A stretch of DNA of 64,000 nt from Myxococcota bacterium (GTDB taxonomy: Bacteria; Myxococcota_A; UBA9160; SZUA-336), in assembly GCA_965247115.1 (NCBI GenBank), contig CBDFGR010000001.1, positions 32,001-96,000 of the forward strand, written 5' to 3'. Under the pieces are notes generated by a model that was not told the DNA's origin, made no database searches, and worked only from the letters and a program-made list of their open reading frames with translations. The translations under genes were made by a program, and so were the position numbers. This document shows positions 35,861-48,465 of the stretch, piece by piece; the first letter of the stretch is position 1; each line of letters begins with the position of its first letter.

Positions 35861-36688
35861 GTGCCGAACCGAAAGTACCAACCCACTTCGCCGGCTCGCC
35901 GCGCCATGTCGGTCGAGGACTTCTCGGACCTGACGAAGAAGAGGCCCGAGAAGAAGCTCATCGCTGCCCTGAAGAAGAGCGGCGGCCGCAACAATCATGG
36001 CCGGATCACGAGCTTTCACCGCGGAGGGGGCCACAAGCGGCGCTATCGCAAGATTGACTTCCGGCGCGACAAGCTCGGCATCCCGGCCAGGGTGGCAGCG
36101 CTGGAGTACGACCCGAACCGGAGCGCCCGCATCGCGCTGCTGCACTTCGCGGACGGGGAGAAGCGCTACATCCTGGCGCCGCTCGGTCTCGCCGTGGGCG
36201 ATGAGCTCATGTCCGGAGAGCGAGCGGAGATTCGGCCGGGCAACTCGTTGCCGCTCTCGGTGATCCCGCTCGGCACGGTGATCCACAACATCGAGCTCAA
36301 GCCGGGCAAGGGCGGACAGCTGGTGCGATCGGCCGGCGTGGGTGCGCAGCTCATGGCGCGCGAGGGCAAGTACGCGAACGTCAAGCTGCCCTCGAGCGAG
36401 ACCCGACTCGTCCTGCAGACTTGCAGCGCCACGGTGGGCCAGGTCGGCAACACCGACCACGACAACGTCTCCGTAGGCAAGGCGGGCCGCACGCGCTGGT
36501 CCGGTCAGCGACCGAATGTCCGCGGCGTCGCGATGAACCCGGTCGACCACCCCCACGGAGGTGGCGAGGGCCGCAGCTCGGGCGGCCGGCACCCCGTGAC
36601 TCCCTGGGGCGTCCCCACCAAGGGTCACCGTACGCGCAAGAACCGAAAAACCGATCGACTCATTGTGAAACGACGAGGACAGAAGTAA
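35861..36688 (+). CDS. rplB: 50S ribosomal protein L2
   Basis: GTG start; [17 protein letters not shown]. Confidence 0.98.
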   Translation: MPNRKYQPTSPARRAMSVEDFSDLTKKRPEKKLIAALKKSGGRNNHGRITSFHRGGGHKRRYRKIDFRRDKLGIPARVAALEYDPNRSARIALLHFADGEKRYILAPLGLAVGDELMSGERAEIRPGNSLPLSVIPLGTVIHNIELKPGKGGQLVRSAGVGAQLMAREGKYANVKLPSSETRLVLQTCSATVGQVGNTDHDNVSVGKAGRTRWSGQRPNVRGVAMNPVDHPHGGGEGRSSGGRHPVTPWGVPTKGHRTRKNRKTDRLIVKRRGQK

Positions 36689-36966
36689 TGGCCAGATCCG
36701 TAAAGAAGGGTCCTTACCTCGAGAAGCCGCTCATGAAAAAGGTGGAGCAGCTGAACGACTCGGATCAGAAGCGCATCGTGCGTACCTGGTCGCGGCGCTC
36801 GATGATCCTTCCCGAGATGATCGGCCACACCTTTCACGTTCATAACGGCAAGCTCTTCATGCCCGTATTCGTGACGGAGAACATGGTCGGGCATCGTCTC
36901 GGCGAATTCGCCCCTACTCGTCGCCAGGCCGCTCATGCCGGCGACCGCAGGCTCAGGCAGAGGTAG
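36688..36966 (+). CDS. rpsS: 30S ribosomal protein S19
   Basis: [22 protein letters not shown]. Confidence 0.98.
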   Translation: MARSVKKGPYLEKPLMKKVEQLNDSDQKRIVRTWSRRSMILPEMIGHTFHVHNGKLFMPVFVTENMVGHRLGEFAPTRRQAAHAGDRRLRQR

Positions 36967-36970
36967 GGGC

Positions 36971-37318
36971 ATGGAGGTGCGCGCGAGACTCAAGGGCTAT
37001 CGGATGGGTGCCAGGAAGGGGCGGAAGGTCGCGGATCAGATTCGCAACAAGTCGTGCGCGCAGGCCCTGGACATTCTTCGCACCACGCCGCGGGAGGCCG
37101 GTAGGCCGATCGAGAAGCTCCTGCGCTCCGCCCTCGCGAACGCAGAGGAGCAGAACGCGCGCCACTCCGCGGGTATCGATCTCGACAACCTGTACGTCAA
37201 GAACATCATGGTCGACGAGGGCCCGCGCAGCTGGCGCATTCGACCGCGGGCCCAGGGTCGTGCCGCATGGATCAACAAAGCCTCGAGCCACGTCAGCGTG
37301 ATTCTGGACGAGCGCTAG
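36971..37318 (+). CDS. rplV: 50S ribosomal protein L22
   Basis: [17 protein letters not shown]. Confidence 0.97.
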   Translation: MEVRARLKGYRMGARKGRKVADQIRNKSCAQALDILRTTPREAGRPIEKLLRSALANAEEQNARHSAGIDLDNLYVKNIMVDEGPRSWRIRPRAQGRAAWINKASSHVSVILDER

Positions 37319-37340
37319 GCAGAAGGTAGGAGACAACACG

Positions 37341-38021
37341 TTGGGTCAGAAAGTTCACCCGTACGGATTCCGCCTCGGGATCATCAACGGCTGGCAGTCC
37401 AACTGGTACGCCGAGCGGAACTTCGCTGCGCTCCTGCACGAAGATCTACGAATCCGCGACTACATCAAGCAAAAGGTGTTTCACGCCGGAATCAGTCGCA
37501 TCGGGATCGAACGTCGCGCGGAAAAGATGTCGGTGAACATCCACACCGCCCGTCCGGGCATCCTGATCGGCAAGCGTGGGGCGGACGTCGAGGCGCTTCG
37601 CCTGGAGATTGCGAAGATGACCTCGAACGAGGTCTTCATCAACATTCGCGAGGTTCGCAAGGCCGAGATCGACGCACAGTTGATCGCCGAGAACATCGCC
37701 GCCCAGCTGATTCGCCGCGTCGCCTTTCGGCGCGCCATGAAGAAGGCCCTGACTTCGGCGATGAAGTTCGGTGCGCAGGGCATCCGGGTCAAGGTGGGCG
37801 GTCGGCTCGGAGGTGCAGAGATGTCGCGTACGACCCAGTACATGGAGGGTCGAGTGCCGCTCCACACGCTGCGGGCCCAGATCGACTACGGGATGGCCGA
37901 GGCGAAGGCCTCGTATGGCGTGATCGGGGTCAAAGTCTGGGTGTTCACCGGGATCGTTCCCGAGGCGCAGGTACAGGACCAGCGTCTCGGTACCGGCTCG
38001 TCCGAGGCGCAGGTCGGCTAG
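37341..38021 (+). CDS. rpsC: 30S ribosomal protein S3
   Basis: [22 protein letters not shown]. Confidence 0.98.
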   Translation: MGQKVHPYGFRLGIINGWQSNWYAERNFAALLHEDLRIRDYIKQKVFHAGISRIGIERRAEKMSVNIHTARPGILIGKRGADVEALRLEIAKMTSNEVFINIREVRKAEIDAQLIAENIAAQLIRRVAFRRAMKKALTSAMKFGAQGIRVKVGGRLGGAEMSRTTQYMEGRVPLHTLRAQIDYGMAEAKASYGVIGVKVWVFTGIVPEAQVQDQRLGTGSSEAQVG

Positions 38022-38024
38022 CAC

Positions 38025-38438
38025 ATGCTCCAACCCAAGCGAATGAAGTTTCGCAAGGTCCAGAAGGGCAGGCTGCGGGGCAAGGCCATGCGCGGCTCCA
38101 GCCTTGCATTCGGCGAGTACGGCCTGCAGGCTCTGGAGCACGGTCGGATCACGGCCCGCGAGATCGAGGCGGCCCGCATTGCCATGACGCGGCACGCGAA
38201 GCGGGGTGGCAAGGTCTGGATCCGCGTCTTCCCGTCCAAGCCGATGACCAAGCGGCCGCCTGAGACCCGCATGGGCAAGGGGAAGGGGAGCCCCGAGTTC
38301 TGGGTCGCCCCCGTGAAGCCGGGCCGCATCCTCTATGAGATGGACGGGGTGACGGCCGAGGTGGCAAAGGAATCCCTACGGCTTGCGGCGCACAAGATCT
38401 CGGTGCGGACGCGGATCCTCGAGAGGACCGAGGCATGA
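38025..38438 (+). CDS. rplP: 50S ribosomal protein L16
   Basis: [10 protein letters not shown]. Confidence 0.98.
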   Translation: MLQPKRMKFRKVQKGRLRGKAMRGSSLAFGEYGLQALEHGRITAREIEAARIAMTRHAKRGGKVWIRVFPSKPMTKRPPETRMGKGKGSPEFWVAPVKPGRILYEMDGVTAEVAKESLRLAAHKISVRTRILERTEA

Positions 38439-38629
38439 AGGCCGCGGACGTCAGGAAGTTGACCGACGAGGAGCTGGAGGCACGGGTGCAGGAGGCGCGA
38501 GACCATCTGTTCAACCTCAAGATCAAGCACGCGACGGGTCAGCTCGAGAACTCCGCGAGCGTGCCTGCTGCGCGCCGCGATCTGGCGCGCGCACTCAGCG
38601 TCCGCACAGAGCGAGGTCGAAGCGCATGA
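38435..38629 (+). CDS. rpmC: 50S ribosomal protein L29
   Basis: [15 protein letters not shown], position. Confidence 0.95.
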   Translation: MKAADVRKLTDEELEARVQEARDHLFNLKIKHATGQLENSASVPAARRDLARALSVRTERGRSA

Positions 38630-38874
38630 GCGAGCGGGGTCTCCAGAAGACGCGTGTCGGCGTCGTTGTAAGGGACAGGATGGACAAGTCTGTGATCGTC
38701 GAGGTCACCCGGACCGTGCTGCACCCGCTCTACAAGAAACACATACGCAAGCGCAGCCGGTTCATGGCTCACGACGAGAACAACACCTACAAGATCGGCG
38801 ACACGGTCCAGATCACCGAGACCCGCCCGCTCTCGCGGCGCAAGCGCTGGCGGGTCAAGGAGAAGCCTGCGTGA
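38626..38874 (+). CDS. rpsQ: 30S ribosomal protein S17
   Basis: [18 protein letters not shown]. Confidence 0.97.
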   Translation: MSERGLQKTRVGVVVRDRMDKSVIVEVTRTVLHPLYKKHIRKRSRFMAHDENNTYKIGDTVQITETRPLSRRKRWRVKEKPA

Positions 38875-39239
38875 TCCAGGCCGAGTCGGTTCTGAACGTA
38901 GCGGACAACTCCGGCGCACGGCGGGTTTCATGCGTCAAGGTGCTCGGCGGATCGCAGCGACGCTACGCCTCGATCGGCGACATCATCATGGTGTCGGTCA
39001 AAGAGGCGCTGCCCAACAGCCGCGTAAAGAAGAAGCAGCTGCACAAGGCAGTGATCGTTCGCACCAGGAAGGAGATCGGCCGCTCCGACGGTTCCTACAT
39101 TCGCTTCGACAACAACTCGGTGGTGCTGATCGAACAGAACCAGGAGCCGATCGGAACGCGCATATTCGGCCCCGTGGCTCGCGAGCTGCGGGCGAAGCGC
39201 TTCATGAAGATCGTCTCCCTGGCGCCCGAGGTGCTGTAG
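38871..39239 (+). CDS. rplN: 50S ribosomal protein L14
   Basis: [19 protein letters not shown]. Confidence 0.98.
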   Translation: MIQAESVLNVADNSGARRVSCVKVLGGSQRRYASIGDIIMVSVKEALPNSRVKKKQLHKAVIVRTRKEIGRSDGSYIRFDNNSVVLIEQNQEPIGTRIFGPVARELRAKRFMKIVSLAPEVL

Positions 39240-39550
39240 TGGCCGCGAAGGTACGCGTCGGCGACACGGTGGAAGTTCTCTCGGGCAAGAACAAGGGCGC
39301 CCGCGGCGCGGTGCTCCGAGTAGATTCGAAGAACAGCAAGGTCCTGGTGGAACGGATCAACCTCGTCAAGAAGCACCAGAAGCCCAGCGGCGCGAATCGA
39401 CAGGGGGGCATCATCGAGAAGGAGGCACCGCTGCAGCTCTCGAACGTGGCTCTCGTCCACAAGGGCGATCGGACCCGCGTCGGGTTCAGGAGCATCGACG
39501 GGCAAAGGGTGCGCTGGAGCCGAAAGCATGACGAGGCGATCGATGCCTGA
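39239..39550 (+). CDS. rplX: 50S ribosomal protein L24
   Basis: [22 protein letters not shown]. Confidence 0.97.
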   Translation: MAAKVRVGDTVEVLSGKNKGARGAVLRVDSKNSKVLVERINLVKKHQKPSGANRQGGIIEKEAPLQLSNVALVHKGDRTRVGFRSIDGQRVRWSRKHDEAIDA

Positions 39551-40097
39551 GACCTACGAGCCGCGAGCTCTGGAGCGCTACAGGCAGCGAGCGGTTCCCG
39601 CCCTGCGGGAGCGATTCAGCTACAAGAACCCGATGCAGGTACCGAAGCTCCGAAAGATCACCCTGAACGTGGGGCTCGGCGAGGCGCTGACGAACGCGCG
39701 GCTGCTCGAATCTGCCGTCGCGGAGCTCGGCGAGATCAGCGGGCAGAAGGCGGTGGTGACCAAGGCCAAGAAGTCGGTTGCGAACTTTCGCCTGCGCGAA
39801 GGCCAGTCGATCGGGTGCATGGTCACGCTGCGCCGCGAGCGAATGTATGAGTTCTTCGATCGCCTGGTGAACGTGGCGTTGCCGCGCGTTCGGGACTTCC
39901 GGGGTGTCTCTCCGCAAGCCTTCGACGGGCGCGGGAACTACACGCTCGGGATCCTGGAGCAGGCGATCTTTCCCGAGATCAACCTGGACAAGATCGAGCG
40001 CATCCGGGGCTTGAACGTGAGTATTACAACCACGGCATCGACCGACGAAGAGGGGCACGCGCTCCTCAGCGAGCTCGGGATGCCCTTTAGGACGTGA
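39543..40097 (+). CDS. rplE: 50S ribosomal protein L5
   Basis: [16 protein letters not shown]. Confidence 0.98.
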   Translation: MPETYEPRALERYRQRAVPALRERFSYKNPMQVPKLRKITLNVGLGEALTNARLLESAVAELGEISGQKAVVTKAKKSVANFRLREGQSIGCMVTLRRERMYEFFDRLVNVALPRVRDFRGVSPQAFDGRGNYTLGILEQAIFPEINLDKIERIRGLNVSITTTASTDEEGHALLSELGMPFRT

Positions 40098-40104
40098 GAC
40101 GGCG

Positions 40105-40314
40105 ATGGCCAAGGTATCGAATGTAAATCAGCAGCTTCGCCTGCGCGCGGACCGCGCCGCCGGCAAGCTCAAGTTCAAGTCCCGCTACTACAATCGCTGC
40201 CGTCGCTGCGGTCGTGCTCGCAGCTACTACCGCAAGTTCGACGTCTGTCGGATCTGCCTCAGGAAACTTGCGCTGGAGGGCAAGATTCCGGGCATGACGA
40301 AGTCGAGCTGGTGA
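40105..40314 (+). CDS. rpsN: 30S ribosomal protein S14 (Zn-binding type Z)
   Basis: RCRRCGR...CRIC. Confidence 0.95.
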   Translation: MAKVSNVNQQLRLRADRAAGKLKFKSRYYNRCRRCGRARSYYRKFDVCRICLRKLALEGKIPGMTKSSW

Positions 40315-40324
40315 GGGGGCCAAC

Positions 40325-40720
40325 GTGCTGACAGATCCGATCGCCGACCTGTTGACGCGGATCCGCAACGGCGGGCGTGCGCGTCTCGTGCGCGTCTCGC
40401 TGCCCGGTTCACAGCTCAAGGCGGAGATCGCGCGGGTGCTCAAGGAGCTGGGTTTCATCTCTGGCTTCTCCAAGGAGGGCGACGCGAAGAAACCCACGCT
40501 CTCGGTGGAGATCCGCTACAACGCGGAGAACGCCCCGATCATCGAGGGCATCGAGCGGGTCTCGCGTCCCAGCCGCCGGGTGTACGTCGGCTGGGACGAG
40601 ATCCCGCAGGTCCGCAACGGCTTGGGGATCGCAATCCTCTCAACGCCGCGCGGAGTTCTGACTGATGCGCAGGCCAGGGAATCTCACGTCGGGGGCGAGA
40701 TCCTGGCGCGGGTGTGGTGA
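40325..40720 (+). CDS. rpsH: 30S ribosomal protein S8
   Basis: DPIADLLTRIRN. Confidence 0.98.
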   Translation: MLTDPIADLLTRIRNGGRARLVRVSLPGSQLKAEIARVLKELGFISGFSKEGDAKKPTLSVEIRYNAENAPIIEGIERVSRPSRRVYVGWDEIPQVRNGLGIAILSTPRGVLTDAQARESHVGGEILARVW

Positions 40721-40726
40721 GGAACG

Positions 40727-41269
40727 ATGTCTCGTATAGGCAAGCTGCCCGTTCCGCTCGGTTCCGGCGTGGAGATCAGCGTCGCGGGAGGATCCGTGCG
40801 CGTGAAGGGCCCCAAGGGGGAGCTCTCCGAGGCGCTGGCCCCGCTCACGAGCATCGAGGTAGCGGACGGTGCGGCGGTCGTGAAGCGAGCAGACGACTCC
40901 AAGCGTGCCCGGGCGATGCATGGGCTCATGCGCAGCCTGCTCGCGAACATGGCCACTGGGGTGACGGACGGCTTCGAGCGCCGGCTCGAGATCGTGGGGG
41001 TCGGGTACAGGGCCGCGGTTGCAAACGAGACGCTCACGCTCAACGTCGGGTATTCCCATCCCGTCGGGATGGAGATCCCGATGGGCCTCGAGGTGGTAGC
41101 CGAGAGCCCGACGCGCCTCGTGGTCAAGGGAGCCAGCAAGCAGGCCGTCGGCCAGTTCGCCGCGGAGATCCGAAAGATCCGCAAGCCGGAGCCTTACAAG
41201 GGAAAGGGAATCCGCTACGCGAACGAACACATCCGCCGCAAGGTCGGTAAGGCGGGAGCGGGGGTGTAG
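40727..41269 (+). CDS. rplF: 50S ribosomal protein L6
   Basis: MSRIGK, PEPYKGKGIRY. Confidence 0.98.
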   Translation: MSRIGKLPVPLGSGVEISVAGGSVRVKGPKGELSEALAPLTSIEVADGAAVVKRADDSKRARAMHGLMRSLLANMATGVTDGFERRLEIVGVGYRAAVANETLTLNVGYSHPVGMEIPMGLEVVAESPTRLVVKGASKQAVGQFAAEIRKIRKPEPYKGKGIRYANEHIRRKVGKAGAGV

Positions 41270-41271
41270 GC

Positions 41272-41634
41272 ATGGCTATCACGGAACGGAGGCGACTCTG
41301 GGAGAGACGCAAGCAGCGCTCGCGAAAGCAGCTCCGGACCTGCGAGCGCCCGCTGCTCACGGTCTACCGCAGCTCCAAGCACATCTACGCCCAGATCGTC
41401 GACCCGCTCACGGGCCGCACGCTGGCGGGGGCATCGACCCGCTCGCCCGCGCTGCGCCAGGGCTTGACGTCGACCAGCGACGTGGAGGCCGCCAAGCAGG
41501 TGGGCTCGGCCATCGCCAGGAAGGCCCTGGACCAGGACATACAGAAGGTGGTGTTCAACCGAAACGGTTTCGTCTTCTCGGGACGCGTCAAGGCAGTCGC
41601 CGACGCGGCCCGAGAAGCCGGCTTGAGTATCTAG
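41272..41634 (+). CDS. rplR: 50S ribosomal protein L18
   Basis: [21 protein letters not shown]. Confidence 0.97.
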   Translation: MAITERRRLWERRKQRSRKQLRTCERPLLTVYRSSKHIYAQIVDPLTGRTLAGASTRSPALRQGLTSTSDVEAAKQVGSAIARKALDQDIQKVVFNRNGFVFSGRVKAVADAAREAGLSI

Positions 41635-41647
41635 CGTAGGGAAGCAC

Positions 41648-42160
41648 ATGACAGCGAGGACAGACGAGAGGCGCGAGTTACTCAACCCGAACGACTTCGA
41701 GCTGGAAGAGCGGGTGGTCAGCATCAACCGTGTGGCGAAGGTCGTGCGGGGCGGGCGCCGCTTCGGTTTCACGGCGCTGGTCGTGATGGGAAACGGGGCC
41801 GGGATCGTCGGTTCGGGTATGGGCCGGGCGAACGAGGTTCCCGAGGCGATCCGCAAGGGAGTCGAGCAGGCGCGCAAGAGCCTGGTCCGGGTGCCACTGG
41901 TGGAGGGCACTATCCCCTACCAGGTCGTGGGTGAGTCCGGAGCTGGCAAGGTACTTCTCAAGCCTGCCTCCAAGGGCACGGGTGTGATCGCGGGGGGCGC
42001 GGTGCGCGCGCTGTGCGAGGCGGCCGGGGTACAGAACGTGCTCACGAAGTGCTTGGGCACGAGCCGTCCGCACAACGTGATCCGCGCGACGCTCGAGGGT
42101 TTTGGGAGGCTGCGGGAGCCCGCAGCCCGGCGCGCGGAGCTGCTGGGCTTGGAAGCATGA
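41648..42160 (+). CDS. rpsE: 30S ribosomal protein S5
   Basis: [12 protein letters not shown]. Confidence 0.98.
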   Translation: MTARTDERRELLNPNDFELEERVVSINRVAKVVRGGRRFGFTALVVMGNGAGIVGSGMGRANEVPEAIRKGVEQARKSLVRVPLVEGTIPYQVVGESGAGKVLLKPASKGTGVIAGGAVRALCEAAGVQNVLTKCLGTSRPHNVIRATLEGFGRLREPAARRAELLGLEA

Positions 42161-42351
42161 GCAAAGCAAAAGCAAAACAGATCCGCGTACGGCAGGTGAG
42201 GAGCGCGATCGGCTTCCCCCGCGATCAGCGCGCCACACTGCGCGGGCTGCGCCTGGGTCGGCCCGGCAAGCAGGTTGAGCTCGATGACGGACCTGCGGTG
42301 CGGGGCATGATCCGCAAGGTGACTCACCTGGTGGTGGTCGAGGAGGCCTGA
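42157..42351 (+). CDS. rpmD: 50S ribosomal protein L30
   Basis: VRSAIG...[11 protein letters not shown]. Confidence 0.95.
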   Translation: MSKAKAKQIRVRQVRSAIGFPRDQRATLRGLRLGRPGKQVELDDGPAVRGMIRKVTHLVVVEEA

Positions 42352-42821
42352 TGCTGGACCGCCTTGCCCCCGGAGCAGGTGCTCGTAAGCCCCGCAAACG
42401 CGTGGGTCGCGGGATCGGGAGCGGCAGCGGCAAGACCTGCGGCCGGGGACAGAAGGGCGCGGGCTCGCGCTCCGGCTTCAAGCGAAGGCCCTGGTTCGAG
42501 GGTGGCCAAATGCCACTGGCGCGGCGCCTCCCCAAACGGGGCTTCACGAACAATTTTCGCCGGCCCTACCAGGTTGTGAACCTGAAGGAGCTGGAACGCT
42601 TCGACCGAGGGAGCGCCGTGGACACGGAGACGCTGTCGCGCGCAGGGCTGGTCGCGCGACCCGACAAGCCGGTCAAGATCCTGGCCGAGGGCGAGATCTC
42701 ACACGCGCTCAAGCTGCAGGTGGACGCGGTCAGCGCCGCTGCCCGCGCCAAGATCGAGACGGCGGGCGGCTCGATCGAGATCGTGGCCACACGCAAACGT
42801 AGGGGGGGCGGGGGCTCGTGA
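42351..42821 (+). CDS. rplO: 50S ribosomal protein L15
   Basis: RVGRGIGSG, FEGGQMPL. Confidence 0.98.
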   Translation: MLDRLAPGAGARKPRKRVGRGIGSGSGKTCGRGQKGAGSRSGFKRRPWFEGGQMPLARRLPKRGFTNNFRRPYQVVNLKELERFDRGSAVDTETLSRAGLVARPDKPVKILAEGEISHALKLQVDAVSAAARAKIETAGGSIEIVATRKRRGGGGS

Positions 42822-44131
42822 ACCCGGGCGCTGTACAGAACATCGGGCGCGTTCCCGAGCTCTACCGCCGCATCCTGTTCACTTTCGGGATGCTCGCCGT
42901 GTATCGGCTCGGTTGCGCGGTCCCCACTCCGGGCATCGACCCGGAGCAGGTCCGCAGCTTCTTCGAGGAGACCGGGGGCGGGCTCTTCGGGCTCATCAAC
43001 TTGTTTACCGGAGGAGCCTTCGAGCAGCTGTCGATCTTCGCGTTGGGGATCATGCCCTACATCAGCGCCTCCATCATTCTGCAGCTCCTCACCGTGGTGA
43101 TCCCGAAGCTCGAGGAGCTGAAGAAGGAAGGCGAGGAGGGCCGCCGCGTCATCACGCGCTACACGCGCTATGGCACCGTGGTGCTCGCGATCGTGCAGGG
43201 CTTCCTGATGGCCACCGCCCTCGAGCAGGGCGCGTTCGGCCAGAATGCGGTGCTGTCGCCGGGCTGGAGCTTCCGGATCATGGCGGTCATCACGCTCACC
43301 GCCGGAACCTCCTTCATCATGTGGCTCGGAGAGCAGATCAACGAGAGGGGCATCGGGAACGGCATCTCGCTCGTCATTTTTGCCGGCATCGTCGTCTCGA
43401 TCCCCTCCGCCACGAGTAATCTCCTCGACCTGGTGAGGACGGACCAGATGACGCCCATCGGGGCGATCCTGCTGCTCGGCTTCATGGTGGCTGTCGTCGG
43501 CGCCATCGTCTACGTCGAGCGCTCGCAACGGCGCATCCCGATCCAGTACGCGCGCAGGGTGGTGGGGCGCAAGCAGATCTCCGGCGGCATGACCTACTTC
43601 CCCCTGCGGCTCAACACGTCCGGCGTCATCCCGCCGATCTTTGCCTCGTCGCTTCTGTTGCTGCCACTCCAGGTCTCCGCCTGGGGCGGGATGGAGTCGC
43701 TCTCCGACTTTGTGAACGACTACCTCGGCTTTACCGGCATGACCTACAACGTGATCTACGTCTCTCTGATCATGTTCTTCGCGTACTTCTATACCGGCAT
43801 CCTGATCAACCCGGACGACGTTGCGGACAACATCAAGAAGAACGGCGGCTACATCCCCGGGATCCGGCCGGGGAAGCGCACTGCCGAGTACATCCTGCGT
43901 GTGCTGAACCGGATCACGCTGCTCGGTGCCTGCTACCTGGCGGTTGTCTGCGTGCTCCCGAACCTGCTGGCGGCGCAGCTCGCAGTGCCGTTCCTGTTCG
44001 GAGGGACGGCGCTCCTGATCTGTGTGGGCGTGGCCATGGACACGGTGGGGCAGATCGAGGCCCACCTGGTTGCGCGCAACTACGACAGCTTCGTGCAGGG
44101 CGCAAGGATCCGCGGGCGAGGCGGTCGATGA
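42818..44131 (+). CDS. secY: Preprotein translocase SecY
   Basis: ALGIMPYISASII, IPGIRPG. Confidence 0.99.
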   Translation: MNPGAVQNIGRVPELYRRILFTFGMLAVYRLGCAVPTPGIDPEQVRSFFEETGGGLFGLINLFTGGAFEQLSIFALGIMPYISASIILQLLTVVIPKLEELKKEGEEGRRVITRYTRYGTVVLAIVQGFLMATALEQGAFGQNAVLSPGWSFRIMAVITLTAGTSFIMWLGEQINERGIGNGISLVIFAGIVVSIPSATSNLLDLVRTDQMTPIGAILLLGFMVAVVGAIVYVERSQRRIPIQYARRVVGRKQISGGMTYFPLRLNTSGVIPPIFASSLLLLPLQVSAWGGMESLSDFVNDYLGFTGMTYNVIYVSLIMFFAYFYTGILINPDDVADNIKKNGGYIPGIRPGKRTAEYILRVLNRITLLGACYLAVVCVLPNLLAAQLAVPFLFGGTALLICVGVAMDTVGQIEAHLVARNYDSFVQGARIRGRGGR

Positions 44132-44694
44132 GCGAACAAAACCTGATCCTGATGGGGCCGCCCGGGGCGGGCAAGGGCACCCAGGCGAAGCGGCTGGCGA
44201 AGCACTTCGGGATCCCGCAGATCGCCACCGGCGACATCCTGCGCGAGGCGGTGGCCTCGGGCTCCGAGACGGGGCAGCGGGCCCAGGCGATCATGGAGCG
44301 CGGCGACCTCGTTCCTGACGAGCTCGTGATCGAGATCGCCCGAGAGCGGCTGGTCAGGGACGACTGCGCCACGGGCTTCGTTCTGGACGGCTTTCCCCGG
44401 ACGACACGGCAGGCCGAGGCGCTGGACGCTATCCTCGCGGGGAGGGGTCGGGAGCCGGTGCGAGTCGTCGGTCTCGTCGTGGTCGAGGAGGAGCTCGTCC
44501 GGCGAATCCTCAGCCGGGGCGAGGGCCGTTCGGACGACAACGAGGAGTCGCTCCGGAACCGACTCGAGGTGTACCGGCGCGAGACGGCGCCGGTACTCGA
44601 ACACTACCGCGGGGCCCTGATCGAGATCGAGGGCGCCGGAGACATGGACCAGATCGCGAGGGCGATCGTTGCGGCAGTGACAGACGAGCGATGA
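44128..44694 (+). CDS. adk: Adenylate kinase (short-LID type)
   Basis: GPPGAGKGTQ, LDGFPRT, RSDD. Confidence 0.95.
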   Translation: MSEQNLILMGPPGAGKGTQAKRLAKHFGIPQIATGDILREAVASGSETGQRAQAIMERGDLVPDELVIEIARERLVRDDCATGFVLDGFPRTTRQAEALDAILAGRGREPVRVVGLVVVEEELVRRILSRGEGRSDDNEESLRNRLEVYRRETAPVLEHYRGALIEIEGAGDMDQIARAIVAAVTDER

Positions 44695-45464
44695 TCCACT
44701 TGAAGTCCAAGCACGAGCTCCAGACCATGCGCGAAGCCGGTCGCCACGTAGGCGAGATCCTGCTTGCCATGCGCGAGCTCGCGAGGCCCGGCTTCAGCAC
44801 CGCGGAGATCGACCGCGCCGCGCGTCTCGAGATCCGCAAGCGGAAGCTCGAGTCCTCTTTCCTCGGGTACAGCCCGGGCGGCGCCCCGCCGTATCCGGCG
44901 GTCATCTGCACCTCGATCAACGCCGAGATCGTCCACGGCATCCCGGGCAAGCGCGAGCTCGTGGAGGGCGACATCCTGAAGCTCGATTTCGGCGTCGTCT
45001 GCGGCGGCTTTCACGGCGATTCGGCACTCTCCATTCCCGTTGGCGAGATCAGCGAGGAGTCACGCCGCCTGATCGAGACGACCCGGCGTAGTATGTACGA
45101 GGGCATCAAGCACATGTGTCCCGGACAGCGGCTCGGCGACGTGGGCCACGCGGTCCAGGAGCTGGCGGAAGACGGGGGCTACTCCGTGGTGCGTGACTTC
45201 GTCGGGCACGGGGTGGGGAGAGAGCTGCACGAGCCGCCGCAGCTGCCGAATTTCGGACGCCCCGGGCGTGGCCAGCGGCTCCGCGCCGGGATGGTGCTGG
45301 CGATCGAGCCGATGGTGAACCTCGGCTCGCCAGAGGTGAAGGTTGGTAAGGACGGCTGGACGGCGACGACGGCGGACGAGCTGTTGTCCTCCCACTTCGA
45401 GCACACGGTGGCGATCACAGACAACGGTCCTGAGATCCTCACGGCGGTTCCGGGAAGTCACTAG
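44691..45464 (+). CDS. map: Methionine aminopeptidase type I
   Basis: GHGVGRELHE, AIEPM, HFEHT. Confidence 0.97.
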   Translation: MIHLKSKHELQTMREAGRHVGEILLAMRELARPGFSTAEIDRAARLEIRKRKLESSFLGYSPGGAPPYPAVICTSINAEIVHGIPGKRELVEGDILKLDFGVVCGGFHGDSALSIPVGEISEESRRLIETTRRSMYEGIKHMCPGQRLGDVGHAVQELAEDGGYSVVRDFVGHGVGRELHEPPQLPNFGRPGRGQRLRAGMVLAIEPMVNLGSPEVKVGKDGWTATTADELLSSHFEHTVAITDNGPEILTAVPGSH

Positions 45465-45479
45465 GGTGCTGGAGCGCGC

Positions 45480-45593
45480 ATGAAGGTTCGAGCGAGCGTC
45501 CGCAGGATGTGTGACAAGTGCAAGGTCATCCGGAGGAAGGGTGTCGTCCGCGTGATCTGCGAGAACCCCAAGCACAAGCAACGACAAGGATAA
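45480..45593 (+). CDS. rpmJ: 50S ribosomal protein L36
   Basis: Hand translation [37 protein letters not shown] (below ORF-track cutoff). Confidence 0.97.
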   Translation: MKVRASVRRMCDKCKVIRRKGVVRVICENPKHKQRQG

Positions 45594-45596
45594 GAC

Positions 45597-45980
45597 ATGG
45601 CACGAATTGCTGGCGTGGATCTTCCGCGAGAGAAGGCGATCAAGGTCTCTCTCACCTACATCTTCGGCATCGGTGACAGCTCCGCGGTGAAGATCTGCGA
45701 CGAGGCCGGCGTGCCCCGAGAACGCAAGACCTTCGATCTGGACGAGAGCGAAGTGGTACGGCTTCGCGATGCGATCGAGGAAAAGCACAAGGTCGAGGGA
45801 GATCTGCGGCGTGAGCAGACCCAGGCGGTCAAGATGCTGATGGACATTGGTTGCTACCGGGGCCTTCGACATCGACGTGGCCTCCCGGTGAGAGGACAGC
45901 GAACCCATACGAACGCGCGCTGCCGAAAGGGCCCGCGCCGGGCAGTTGCGGGCAAGAAGAAAGCGCCCACCAAGAAATAG
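45597..45980 (+). CDS. rpsM: 30S ribosomal protein S13
   Basis: [18 protein letters not shown]. Confidence 0.98.
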   Translation: MARIAGVDLPREKAIKVSLTYIFGIGDSSAVKICDEAGVPRERKTFDLDESEVVRLRDAIEEKHKVEGDLRREQTQAVKMLMDIGCYRGLRHRRGLPVRGQRTHTNARCRKGPRRAVAGKKKAPTKK

Positions 45981-45986
45981 GATGCA

Positions 45987-46373
45987 ATGGGAAAAACGAA
46001 AAAAGTCAGAAAGCGCGTCAAAAAGAATATCCCTACCGGGGTGGCCCACGTCCAGGCGACGTTCAACAACACGATCGTCACCATCACGGACGTTGCGGGA
46101 AACACCATCGCGGCATCCTCCTCTGGCCAGGTGGGCTTCAAGGGGTCACGCAAATCGACGCCCTTCGCGGCACAGATCTGCGCCGAGCAGGTCGCGAAAA
46201 AGGCGATGGAGCACGGCGTCCGCCAGCTCGCCGTCATGGTGAAGGGTCCGGGATCTGGCCGTGAGTCCGCGGTGCGCGGTCTCCAGGCATCCGGGTTCCG
46301 GGTGACTTTCCTGCGCGACGTGACGCCGATCCCGCACAACGGTTGCCGGCCGCCGAAGCGGCGCCGGGGCTAG
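45987..46373 (+). CDS. rpsK: 30S ribosomal protein S11
   Basis: [14 protein letters not shown]. Confidence 0.98.
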   Translation: MGKTKKVRKRVKKNIPTGVAHVQATFNNTIVTITDVAGNTIAASSSGQVGFKGSRKSTPFAAQICAEQVAKKAMEHGVRQLAVMVKGPGSGRESAVRGLQASGFRVTFLRDVTPIPHNGCRPPKRRRG

Positions 46374-46381
46374 GAGGGCGC

Positions 46382-47008
46382 GTGGCACGCTACCGAGGAC
46401 CCGTTTGCCGGCTCTGTCGACGCGAGGGAATGAAGCTCTTCTTGAAGGGCGAGCGCTGCTTCAGTGACCGATGCTCGATCGAGCGCCGCAACTATCCTCC
46501 AGGACAACACGGCCAGTCGCGGCCGAAGTTCTCGGACTACGGCCTGCAGCTGCGCGAGAAGCAGAAGGTCCGGCGCATCTACGGCGTGCTGGAGGCCCAG
46601 TTCCGGAAGACCGTCAAGGAAGCCGAACGAATGCGAGGGGTAAAGGGCGAGAACCTGATGGCGCTCCTGGAGCGACGCCTCGACAACGTGCTGTACCGCG
46701 TCGGGTTCCTGACCTCGCGGAGCGAGGCGCGGCAGCTCGTGCGGCACGGTCACTTCACGGTCAACGGCCGTAAGGTGACGGTGCCATCGTACCGAGTGCG
46801 CAAGGGCGACGTGCTCGGGCTGACAGGGCGCGGCAAGAAGGCGGAGCGGATTGCGAACGCCCTGGAGTCGCTCGAGGCCCGCACGATTCCGAGCTGGCTC
46901 GAGATCGACAAGGAGAATTTGCAGGGAAGCATCCTCTCGGATCCGGTCCGTGAGGAGCTGACGCTTCCCGTTCAAGAACAGCTCATCATCGAGCTCTACT
47001 CCCGTTAG
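46382..47008 (+). CDS. rpsD: 30S ribosomal protein S4
   Basis: [24 protein letters not shown]. Confidence 0.98.
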   Translation: MARYRGPVCRLCRREGMKLFLKGERCFSDRCSIERRNYPPGQHGQSRPKFSDYGLQLREKQKVRRIYGVLEAQFRKTVKEAERMRGVKGENLMALLERRLDNVLYRVGFLTSRSEARQLVRHGHFTVNGRKVTVPSYRVRKGDVLGLTGRGKKAERIANALESLEARTIPSWLEIDKENLQGSILSDPVREELTLPVQEQLIIELYSR

Positions 47009-47052
47009 CCGGTAGTGGCGAAGCGGACGCAAACGAAAACTGGAGGGCGTGT

Positions 47053-48072
<1,020 letters not shown>

Positions 48073-48078
48073 CGCAGA

Positions 48079-48465
48079 ATGCGGCACCGCAAGGACCATC
48101 GAAAGCTGGGGCGCAGCCCCTCGCATCGCAAGGCGATGTTGCGCAACCTCGTGACATCCCTGCTCGAGCTCGAGCAGGTACGCACGACGGAGGCGAAAGC
48201 CAAGGAGGTGCGTAGGGTTGCCGAGCGCATGATCACGCTCGGAAAGCGCGGCACCTTGCACGCGCGCCGCCGTGCCCTGCGAACCATCCGCAGCAAAGAG
48301 GTGGCCGGCAAGCTCTTCGATACGTTGTCCGAGCGGTACAGCGAGCGAGCCGGAGGCTACACACGAGTGATGAAGGTCGGACGCCGCGTGGGCGACAATG
48401 CCGAGATGGCGATCGTTCAGCTGATCCCGGAAGGCGAGTCGGCCCCGGACGAATCGACGCGGTGA
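48079..48465 (+). CDS. rplQ: 50S ribosomal protein L17
   Basis: MRHRK...GGYTR. Confidence 0.98.
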   Translation: MRHRKDHRKLGRSPSHRKAMLRNLVTSLLELEQVRTTEAKAKEVRRVAERMITLGKRGTLHARRRALRTIRSKEVAGKLFDTLSERYSERAGGYTRVMKVGRRVGDNAEMAIVQLIPEGESAPDESTR

